From the IMG/VR virus record IMGVR_UViG_3300021375_001810: a stretch of DNA of 64,000 bases; one strand, written 5' to 3'. Position 1 is the first letter of the stretch, and the number at the start of each line of letters is the position of its first letter. The notes below the pieces were generated by a model. The model was not told the DNA's origin. It saw only the letters and a program-made list of their open reading frames with translations, and searched no databases. Both the position numbers and the translations under genes were made by a program. This stretch comes from a virus. This document shows positions 28,132-35,818 of the stretch, piece by piece.

Positions 28132-28715
28132 AACATACTAATTACTTTAATGGCGACATACAAACATATGACGACATATTTACAGAAGAGCAACTAAATG
28201 CAATAGCGGCTGAAGTTACAACACTGAACTATGGCTATGGAAGTATTGATCAAATGTCATTACAAAACTTTCAAGCACCTACTGGGATGGTTAACGTAGG
28301 TAAAGGTAACGACAACTGGTATAAAGTAGTTGAAGACTATTGCCGTAAAAACATTCCGGAACTAAAAGATATTCCAGAAGGCAGGCATCACGTTAATTTA
28401 TTTGGACCACGTGAAAATGCAATGTATCACGAAGATTCCGAAGACGGGTGGACTGCTATTTTTTATGCAAACCAGTATTGGGACATAAACGAAGGCGGCG
28501 AAACTAAATTTATAATGCCCGCTGATATGTTAGATGATAGTAAAGAAATTAAAACGGACACATTAGATTATCCTGTTGTACTTTCAATAGCACCTATACC
28601 AGGAAGGTTAGTGATATTTAAAGGTAACTTACTACATTCAGCAACTGGGTTTAGAAATACATGGCGTTTTACACCTACTATACAATTTTATAAGACCGGA
28701 GATAAAGAAGAATGA
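28128..28715 (+). CDS. 2OG-Fe(II) dioxygenase
   Basis: YHED (HxD), WDINEGGET, PGRLVIF, distal H in LLHSA, and R in WRFT. Confidence 0.85.
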   Translation: MKHTNYFNGDIQTYDDIFTEEQLNAIAAEVTTLNYGYGSIDQMSLQNFQAPTGMVNVGKGNDNWYKVVEDYCRKNIPELKDIPEGRHHVNLFGPRENAMYHEDSEDGWTAIFYANQYWDINEGGETKFIMPADMLDDSKEIKTDTLDYPVVLSIAPIPGRLVIFKGNLLHSATGFRNTWRFTPTIQFYKTGDKEE

Positions 28716-29269
28716 AGAAACATTATTACACATGGGGACACGTTGAAAAAATGTGTATCGATATCGCAATGCAGATGCAGAAAGATAACTGGAAGCCAGA
28801 CTATATTGTAGGTATTACACGTGGTGGTAATGTGCCTGCTACAATACTGTCGCATATGTTAGGCGTTCGTTGTGAAGCACTTAAAGTAGCATTACGTGAT
28901 GGAGATAGTCATCAGGAAAGCAACTGTTGGATGTCTAGTGATGCGTTTGGTTACGTTGACGAAGAAGAACGTGCTGTAACTAAAAGCCGTTGGGACGTTA
29001 ACAAACGTAAAAATATTTTAATTGTAGACGATATTAACGATACAGGTGCAACACTTGAGTGGATCAAACAAGATTGGCAGGCAAGTTGTTTACCTAACGA
29101 AAGTAGTTGGGATACTGTATGGAATAAAAATGTAAGATTTGCTACACTAACTGAAAACCTTGCAAGTAATTTTGACGGTGTTAATTATTCGGCACACGAA
29201 GTTAACAAAGCAGATGAAGATATTTGGTTAGTTTATCCTTGGGAAATAGTAGGCACGTATGATGCATGA
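28712..29269 (+). CDS. Purine phosphoribosyltransferase (Gpt-like)
   Basis: IVGITRGG, PRPP loop ILIVDDINDTGATL, WLVYPWE. Confidence 0.88.
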   Translation: MKKHYYTWGHVEKMCIDIAMQMQKDNWKPDYIVGITRGGNVPATILSHMLGVRCEALKVALRDGDSHQESNCWMSSDAFGYVDEEERAVTKSRWDVNKRKNILIVDDINDTGATLEWIKQDWQASCLPNESSWDTVWNKNVRFATLTENLASNFDGVNYSAHEVNKADEDIWLVYPWEIVGTYDA

Positions 29270-29633
29270 TACATTAGAAAAAGCTCAGCAAGATGGCAGA
29301 GCACCATGGAGTAAAGTTTTTTTAGACACTAGAGACTTTGTAGTGTTTGAAGATAAGTATCCGGTAACCGAAGGACACTTATTGATAGTACCAAAAGAAG
29401 CAACACAAGACGAAATTAATAAATGTTTTAAGTTTGCTTTATCAATGGGAAATGACAATGTTGAGTCAGATAAGACTACTATAACAGGTTATAACATTGG
29501 CTTAAATATAGGTACTAGTGCGGGACAGACAGTTATGTATCCGCATGTACATTTAATCTTCCGTCGTGATGGAGACATGGAAGATCCGAAAGGCGGCGTA
29601 CGGGGCGTCATTCCATCTAAACAAAAATATTAA
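29259..29633 (+). CDS. HIT-family nucleotide hydrolase
   Basis: DKYPVTEGHLLIVPK, GYNIGLN.G..AGQTVMYPHVHLI. Confidence 0.88.
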   Translation: MMHDTLEKAQQDGRAPWSKVFLDTRDFVVFEDKYPVTEGHLLIVPKEATQDEINKCFKFALSMGNDNVESDKTTITGYNIGLNIGTSAGQTVMYPHVHLIFRRDGDMEDPKGGVRGVIPSKQKY

Positions 29634-29644
29634 GGAAAGGAACT

Positions 29645-29851
29645 ATGGACTTGAAGGAACAAATGATTAAAGCGGCAAGGCTACACGCTGAAGCGGAGAT
29701 AGAATTGCACAAAACTAATATTGAAGTATACATGCAAAAAGTTGTAGGCATTGGAGAACATTCTGATATTATCGAAACGATACAAAAAGAATTAGATCAA
29801 ATGGCTACAGCACATGATCGCTTAGAAATGTTAGAAAAGTATTTTGCATAA
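29645..29851 (+). CDS. Small helical hypothetical protein
   Basis: 68 aa, VGIGEHSDI motif. Confidence 0.75.
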   Translation: MDLKEQMIKAARLHAEAEIELHKTNIEVYMQKVVGIGEHSDIIETIQKELDQMATAHDRLEMLEKYFA

Positions 29852-29856
29852 AATAC

Positions 29857-29885
29857 TTGACAAAAACCTAAATACAATGTATAAT
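29857..29885 (+). promoter_or_regulatory. Composite promoter (sigma70 plus late box), twin of 22187
   Basis: TTGACA-AAAACCTAAATACAATG-TATAAT. Confidence 0.85.
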
Positions 29886-29947
29886 GTAAATTATATTGTA
29901 CATTGTATTTTAAACGGCAATCCACTGCCTTAACATCGGAGATTAAA

Positions 29948-30637
29948 ATGGGTAAAGTAAGACAAATTAGAGCAAAGTTAGAAGATGCTGGCATTCGTTA
30001 TTGGGCGGGTGACAACATTTCAAAAGTGCTACAAAAACACGACAAAGAAGAATTAATTAACGAAGCAACTAGAGCTTTTGAAGGTGTGTTAGATGCACTG
30101 TTAATTGATCGAATTAATGATCCTAACAGCCAAGGTACAGCAAGGCGTCTTGCTAAAATGTACTACAATGAAATTATGGCAGGACGTTATGATCCAGCAC
30201 CAAGTGCAACATCATTTCCAAACGATTCAACAGACCGTTATGAAGGTATGCTAGTAGTGCGTTCGGAACTAAAAAGTATGTGTTCACATCATCACCAGCC
30301 AGTAGCAGGTGTTGCATACATTGGTATTATTGCCGCAGACAAATTAATTGGTCTAAGCAAGTACACACGTATTGCACAGTGGTGTGCTAGACGTGGAACA
30401 CTACAAGAAGAACTTGCAAACGAAATTGCACGTGAAATTCAAAAAGTTACAGATGCAGAACACTTAGGTGTTTATATTCAAGCAACACACGGTTGTTGTG
30501 AGAATAGAGGCATTATGGCAACTAGCAGTCTTACACAAACAACTGTGTTGCGTGGTGCGTTTAAGGATGACGCTGGTACAAAGAAAGAGTTCTTTGACAA
30601 TATTAAATTACAACAAGAATATGCTTGTGGAAAGTAG
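29948..30637 (+). CDS. folE: GTP cyclohydrolase I
   Basis: SMCSHHHQP, IGLSKYTR, LQEEL and ATHGCCENRG; ATG at 29948 after GGAG. Confidence 0.93.
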   Translation: MGKVRQIRAKLEDAGIRYWAGDNISKVLQKHDKEELINEATRAFEGVLDALLIDRINDPNSQGTARRLAKMYYNEIMAGRYDPAPSATSFPNDSTDRYEGMLVVRSELKSMCSHHHQPVAGVAYIGIIAADKLIGLSKYTRIAQWCARRGTLQEELANEIAREIQKVTDAEHLGVYIQATHGCCENRGIMATSSLTQTTVLRGAFKDDAGTKKEFFDNIKLQQEYACGK

Positions 30638-30642
30638 ATAAT

Positions 30643-31527
30643 ATGAAATTAAGATATTCAGAAGCGTTTTATAGCGTACAAGGTGAAGGCAAGTTTGTAG
30701 GTGTGCCTAGTGTATTCCTACGTACATTCGGTTGCAACTTTCGTTGTATGAACTTTGGACTAGAACGTGGGACACCTGCTAGAGCAGACGGTGTAAAACA
30801 TAATCCCGAAGTAAAAGAATTACTTGACAGCAATATAATTAACACTGTTGAAAAATTTACAGACTTACCTGTAATACATACAGGCTGTGATACATATGCA
30901 AGTATCTATCCAGAATTTAAAAAGTTTATGATGGATAGAACTGTAGATGAAGTAGTTGAACACTTATTGAGTTTGACTCCTAACGGACAGTGGACATTAG
31001 ATAATGGACAAGATATTCATTTAATATTCACAGGCGGAGAACCTTTGTTAGGGTGGCAAAGATTCTATACAGAGCTATTAGAACACCCGCGTATGAAGGA
31101 CTTAAAAAATGTTACATTTGAAACAAATACTTCGCAGAAGTTACGACCTGATTTTAGAGACTATCTTAACAATCAAGACAGATTTGAAGTCACTTGGAGT
31201 TGTTCCCCAAAACTTAGTGTCAGCGGAGAACGCTGGGAGGATGCTATTAACCCTGATATTGCTAGTGAGTATTTCAGTGTTCTTAATAGTAAACTTTATC
31301 TTAAGTTTGTTGTGGCTGATAGCATTGACGTTGAAGAAGTTAAAAGAGCTGTTGCTGAGTATAGGAGCGCCGGGGTCGAGTGTCCGGTATATCTTATGCC
31401 GCTCGGAGGACGCTCTGAAGAATATAAACTTAACGTTAAAGAAGTGGCTGAATTATGTATGGCGCAAGGATGGAGGTTTACACCAAGACTCCATATCGAC
31501 CTTTTCGGCAATGCATGGGGGACTTAG
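30643..31527 (+). CDS. queE: 7-carboxy-7-deazaguanine synthase (radical SAM)
   Basis: EAFYSVQGEG...FLRTFGC, GCDT, FTGGEPL, ETN, SPKL, LKFVV and PRLH. Confidence 0.9.
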   Translation: MKLRYSEAFYSVQGEGKFVGVPSVFLRTFGCNFRCMNFGLERGTPARADGVKHNPEVKELLDSNIINTVEKFTDLPVIHTGCDTYASIYPEFKKFMMDRTVDEVVEHLLSLTPNGQWTLDNGQDIHLIFTGGEPLLGWQRFYTELLEHPRMKDLKNVTFETNTSQKLRPDFRDYLNNQDRFEVTWSCSPKLSVSGERWEDAINPDIASEYFSVLNSKLYLKFVVADSIDVEEVKRAVAEYRSAGVECPVYLMPLGGRSEEYKLNVKEVAELCMAQGWRFTPRLHIDLFGNAWGT

Positions 31528-31627
31528 TCGAAATGAACTTGATAGGTACCATAATAAACAACATGAACGTGCAATGAATGCACCAATTGAAACACCAGAG
31601 CATAGAGCTCGGAAGGCAGGACTGTAA

Positions 31628-32017
31628 ATGAAAGATATAATTAATAAATTAAATCCTTTTGCCACAAAAGAAAAAACTGTAGAAGATGTAAAAACTACAG
31701 AACAAGAGCGTAGAGCTATTCTTGATAAAGAAAAAGCAGCCGCTACAGCAAAAGGCAAACCTTGGGTTGCTGTATTAGATACACAAGTCAATCCTGAAAA
31801 CATTAGAAATGGGTTTTTTGAACTTGATTGGAATAACGAGTTTATTGAACAACTATTGGATGCAGGATATAAAGGCGAAACTAACGAAGAAATTATCGAC
31901 AAGTGGTTTAGAAGTATTGTAATTCAAATGCTTGAAGAAGAAGGCCAAAGTATTGATAGAGATATGGGCTATATTAACGTAGTTCCGTTAGATAAAGACA
32001 AAAGCGAAGTATCTTAA
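31628..32017 (+). CDS. Hypothetical phage protein
   Basis: 129 aa, GFFELDWN motif. Confidence 0.75.
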   Translation: MKDIINKLNPFATKEKTVEDVKTTEQERRAILDKEKAAATAKGKPWVAVLDTQVNPENIRNGFFELDWNNEFIEQLLDAGYKGETNEEIIDKWFRSIVIQMLEEEGQSIDRDMGYINVVPLDKDKSEVS

Positions 32018-32020
32018 TGC

Positions 32021-32049
32021 TTGACTTTGTATGCAAAAGAGCGTACAAT
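32021..32049 (+). promoter_or_regulatory. Sigma70-type promoter
   Basis: TTGACT-N17-TACAAT. Confidence 0.75.
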
Positions 32050-32081
32050 ATAGTTATTAACACAACACTAAAGGCAATATA

Positions 32082-33068
32082 ATGGCAACTTATGTATTAG
32101 TAGATACAGCAAACACTTTTTTTAGAGCTCGACACGTAGTTCGTGGCGACTTAGATACTAAAGTAGGCATGGCTTTACACATCACACTTAGTGGTGTTAA
32201 AAAGGCATGGCAAGACTTTGAAGCAGATCATGTTGTATTTTGTTTAGAAGGACGTAGCTGGCGTAAAGACTTTTACGAACCTTACAAGCGTAATAGACAA
32301 GTTACACGTGATAAGATGACTGTTACTGAGTCTGAAGAAGATAAAGTGTTTTGGGAGATCTTTGACGAGTTTAAAAACTTTGTAGATACTAAGACTAATT
32401 GTACAGTTATGCAACATCCGCAATTAGAAGCAGATGATCTTATTGCAGGTTGGGTACAATCACATCCTAATGATAATCATGTTATTATTAGTACTGACGG
32501 TGACTTTGCACAACTTATTGCACCTAATGTAAAACAGTACAATGGCATTCAAGACGTTACTATTACACATGAAGGTTACTTTGATAAGAAAGGTAATCCT
32601 GTAATTGACAAGAAAACTAAAGAGGCTAAGCCTGCACCTGACCCTGCATTTATGTTGTTTGAAAAGTGTATGCGTGGCGACACTAGTGACAACGTGTTTA
32701 GTGCATATCCAGGTGTACGTAAAAAAGGCACTAAGAACAAAGTAGGTCTTATAGAAGCGTTTGAAGACAAAGACAGCAAAGGCTTTAATTGGAATAACAT
32801 GATGTTACAACGTTGGACTGATCATGAAGGTACTGAACATCGTGTACTAGATGATTATACTCGTAATGTTGTACTATGTGACTTAACAGCACAACCTACA
32901 GACATTAGAGAGATAATTAATAACACTATTGAAGAAAACGCAAAGCCCAAAGAAGTACAACAAGTAGGTATGCGTCTTATGAAATTTTGTGCTAAGTGGG
33001 ATATGCAACGTATTGCAGATCAAGCACAATACTTTGCAGAACCGCTAAATGCAAGGTATCCGGAGTAA
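32082..33068 (+). CDS. 5'-3' exonuclease / T4 RNase H-like (FEN/PIN fold)
   Basis: LVDTAN, WRKDFYEPYKRNR, LEADDLI, STDGDFAQL and GDTSDNV. Confidence 0.9.
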   Translation: MATYVLVDTANTFFRARHVVRGDLDTKVGMALHITLSGVKKAWQDFEADHVVFCLEGRSWRKDFYEPYKRNRQVTRDKMTVTESEEDKVFWEIFDEFKNFVDTKTNCTVMQHPQLEADDLIAGWVQSHPNDNHVIISTDGDFAQLIAPNVKQYNGIQDVTITHEGYFDKKGNPVIDKKTKEAKPAPDPAFMLFEKCMRGDTSDNVFSAYPGVRKKGTKNKVGLIEAFEDKDSKGFNWNNMMLQRWTDHEGTEHRVLDDYTRNVVLCDLTAQPTDIREIINNTIEENAKPKEVQQVGMRLMKFCAKWDMQRIADQAQYFAEPLNARYPE

Positions 33069-33075
33069 GGAATAA

Positions 33076-33549
33076 ATGATGAAAGCAAAGACTATTTTAA
33101 AAGATAAATTTTGGATTGTTGAAAGTGATGGAGAACGAGTAGGAACTCTTTCATTATCAGAAGACAAGTATCTTTTCAGTTCGGGTGCCGCAACTCAATA
33201 TTTTGATAGCGAACGTGCCTTAAAGAAAACATTTGGTAAAGATGTTTTTGTAGATGCTATTACACAAGTTGTACCAGAAGAAGTTCCAACTAAAGAAGTG
33301 TATAACTTTCCAACAAGTTGTGTTCCTTATAATAGTTTGTATGATGTAAAAAATAAATTACCATTGTTTACTAAAAGTAATAAAAGTAAAAGTCTGTATT
33401 GTGCAGGTTATTATATTATACATTTTGATAAGGGATGGGTCAAAAGTTTTTGTCCTAAACTAATTACAATTGAGCGTTACGACTTTAAAGGTCCATTCAA
33501 AACAGATATTGAAATGCGTCAAGCATTGAGTATTGAAAATGCAAAATGA
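33076..33549 (+). CDS. Hypothetical phage protein
   Basis: 157 aa, SD AAGGA. Confidence 0.75.
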   Translation: MMKAKTILKDKFWIVESDGERVGTLSLSEDKYLFSSGAATQYFDSERALKKTFGKDVFVDAITQVVPEEVPTKEVYNFPTSCVPYNSLYDVKNKLPLFTKSNKSKSLYCAGYYIIHFDKGWVKSFCPKLITIERYDFKGPFKTDIEMRQALSIENAK

Positions 33550-33784
33550 ACCACTAAACACATTCCCTATTCAGCAATTCTTACAAAAGGTAAAGGTTGC
33601 TGACAGCGGGAACGCTAAAGAAGTTAAACTTAGTATAACAGAAGCAAAGGCATTAGCGTATACATTAGGTATCACTATGTCACGCTTAGAAGGCGATTTA
33701 GAGCGTCTTATAGCGTCATACAGCAAGGGTAATGACGAAGTTATACAAGTGAGCTTAGATGGCGGAAGTGGCGACTGGAAGTAA
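33539..33784 (+). CDS. Hypothetical protein
   Basis: ORF of about 81 aa; start at 33533 or 33539. Confidence 0.7.
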   Translation: MQNEPLNTFPIQQFLQKVKVADSGNAKEVKLSITEAKALAYTLGITMSRLEGDLERLIASYSKGNDEVIQVSLDGGSGDWK

Positions 33785-33809
33785 ACTACGTAGTTTACCA
33801 ATAAAAAGA

Positions 33810-33847
33810 GATAAATATATGCGTACATAATTAAGGATTACGCATAT
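33810..33847 (+). promoter_or_regulatory. Late box (GATAAATA) plus a 9-bp hairpin covering the start codon
   Basis: ATATGCGTA (33817-33825) / TACGCATAT (33839-33847); SD in the loop, ATG at 33846. Confidence 0.7.
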
Positions 33848-34136
33848 GAGCAGACCTAAACCAAAAATACTTTTAGAGCATATAGATAAGAAAACTTATC
33901 GTGCTGAACAAATTTTAGATGCAGAAGCAATATGGGCTGTATTTTATAAAAACAAACCTTTTAATCTTAAAAGTCTAAATGCTATCACAAATTATCCTGG
34001 ACCAAAATATAAAAAAGTTTCCTTTTCAAATCCAGGACATGCAATAAACTTATCAAAAAAACTTAACGATCTATTCAACTGTGAGGACTTTACAGTTGTA
34101 ATGTTAACCTCTGGTGAGATTGTTACGACAGAATGA
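33846..34136 (+). CDS. Hypothetical phage protein
   Basis: 96 aa, MSRPKP...GPKYKKVSFSNPGHA. Confidence 0.8.
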   Translation: MSRPKPKILLEHIDKKTYRAEQILDAEAIWAVFYKNKPFNLKSLNAITNYPGPKYKKVSFSNPGHAINLSKKLNDLFNCEDFTVVMLTSGEIVTTE

Positions 34137-34516
34137 ACTGGAAAGAGACATACACTAAGGTCTTTCTAAAACAACTTGACAAAACTGTGAACGATGCAGC
34201 TGTAGCCGAGTACATGCCGTTGTGGTGGCAAAATACAAGAGAAAAAACAACCGGAGGTTTGCGTCTTACTGAAACAGGCTTTGATGTTATTAACACTATA
34301 CAATTAGCCACATACGAAATACCTTATCCTGCCGATATGCCTATAACTACACAAATTATTATATTCTTAGACAAATTTTATGACTGTCCTTACTACATAT
34401 CAAGACATAGTATCTTTGTTACAAGCGAACGAAAGGCTGTCGAATTGGGTCTCTTTTCAGGAGATCTACGCAAGTACGGACTAGCCAAAGCATTATCTAG
34501 ACAAGAAAAAAATTAA
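34133..34516 (+). CDS. Hypothetical phage protein
   Basis: 127 aa, GGLRLTETG, ATGA overlap. Confidence 0.75.
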   Translation: MNWKETYTKVFLKQLDKTVNDAAVAEYMPLWWQNTREKTTGGLRLTETGFDVINTIQLATYEIPYPADMPITTQIIIFLDKFYDCPYYISRHSIFVTSERKAVELGLFSGDLRKYGLAKALSRQEKN

Positions 34517-34533
34517 TTATCTGCCAAAAAAGG

Positions 34534-34562
34534 TTGACTTTGTCCCTTATTGAGCGTATTAT
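34534..34562 (+). promoter_or_regulatory. Sigma70-type promoter
   Basis: TTGACT-N17-TATTAT. Confidence 0.7.
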
Positions 34563-34620
34563 ATATACATAGTTAGAAATTAGCACTGATAACTGAAATA
34601 CACCAAGAGAGGTAATACAT

Positions 34621-35709
34621 ATGGAAAACGTAGCTATTCGACAAATCACTCCTAACAGAGCAAAGAGCAGTATTTTTCACGCAATGAAAAAGAAGCGTCC
34701 GATCTTTTTATGGGGTCCCCCAGGTATTGGCAAATCAGAGATTGTACACCAAATTGGTAATGACCTTGATGCCCATGTAACTGACATTCGTTTGTCATTA
34801 TGGGAGCCAACTGATATTAAAGGTATTCCTTACTTCAATAGTAATGAGAATACAATGGTTTGGGCTCCGCCTGCAGAACTTCCTACAGAAGAATTTGCAA
34901 AGAAGCACAAATATATTATTCTTTTCTTAGATGAAATGAATTCTGCGGCACCTAGTGTACAGGCGGCTGCATATCAACTTATTCTTAATCGTAAGATTGG
35001 CACTTACAAACTGCCAGACAATGTACTAATTGTTGCGGCAGGTAACCGTGATGCAGATAAAGGTGTAACATACAGAATGCCAGCACCGTTGGCAAACCGT
35101 TTTGTTCACTTAGAACTTACTGTATCATTTGACGATTGGTTCCAGTGGGCTGTAGAACACAATATCCATGCTGATGTTGCAGGTTACTTACAGTTTGCAA
35201 AGAAAGACTTATATGACTTTGATCCAAAAAGTCCAAGCCGTTCTTTTGCAACTCCACGTTCGTGGACTTTTGTATCCGAGTTGTTAGATGATGACTTAGA
35301 TGCAGAAACTACAACCGACCTTGTATCAGGTGCCATTGGTGAAGGTCTTGCTGTTAAGTTTATGGCACACCGTAAAGTAGCGTCAACTATGCCTAACCCA
35401 TCAGATATTTTAGATGGTAAGGTAAATGAGTTGAAACAGAAAGAAATCAGTGCTATGTATTCCCTCACTGTTTCACTTTGCTACGAACTAAAAGAAAGCT
35501 CGGATAAAAACGATAAGAAGTTTAACGATAAAGTTAATAACTTTTTACGTTTTGCAATGGATAACTTCGAAACTGAACTGGTAGTTATGGGTATGAAATT
35601 GGCGTTGACACAATATGAATTGCCTATTGATCCAGACGAAATTGATTGTTTTGATGAGTTCCATGAGCGTTTTGGAAAGTATATTAAGGCCGCTCAAACA
35701 AGGTCTTAA
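34621..35709 (+). CDS. MoxR-like AAA+ ATPase
   Basis: WGPPGIGKS, LFLDEMN, AAGNR, PLANRF and ATPRSW. Confidence 0.9.
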   Translation: MENVAIRQITPNRAKSSIFHAMKKKRPIFLWGPPGIGKSEIVHQIGNDLDAHVTDIRLSLWEPTDIKGIPYFNSNENTMVWAPPAELPTEEFAKKHKYIILFLDEMNSAAPSVQAAAYQLILNRKIGTYKLPDNVLIVAAGNRDADKGVTYRMPAPLANRFVHLELTVSFDDWFQWAVEHNIHADVAGYLQFAKKDLYDFDPKSPSRSFATPRSWTFVSELLDDDLDAETTTDLVSGAIGEGLAVKFMAHRKVASTMPNPSDILDGKVNELKQKEISAMYSLTVSLCYELKESSDKNDKKFNDKVNNFLRFAMDNFETELVVMGMKLALTQYELPIDPDEIDCFDEFHERFGKYIKAAQTRS

Positions 35710-35722
35710 GGTGTGTTGGGTT

Positions 35723-35758
35723 TGGACGTTCCCGTACAAAAAACGTCCATTTCTTCTT
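35723..35758 (+). terminator. Probable intrinsic terminator
   Basis: TGGACGTT / AACGTCCA stem followed by TTTCTTCTT. Confidence 0.55.
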
Positions 35759-35785
35759 GACTTTTATGTCGATTTACTATATACT
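35757..35785 (+). promoter_or_regulatory. Sigma70-type promoter
   Basis: TTGACT-N17-TATACT. Confidence 0.7.
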
Positions 35786-35818
35786 AACAGTATAAACAAT
35801 GCAAAGAGGATATAGCAC

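Noticed and set aside
29903-29947. N-terminal extension of FolE from TTG 29903 (likewise the track starts for IscU 5980, TagD-like 21731, QueE 30625 and ORF 37626)
   Set aside because: Downstream ATGs (29948, 6031, 21761, 30643, 37704) fit better by SD position, gene coupling or family length.
31109-31627. 172-aa alternative-frame ORF overlapping queE
   Set aside because: Mostly an off-frame shadow; only the last ~38 codons (31511-31627) might be a real small gene, and support is weak.
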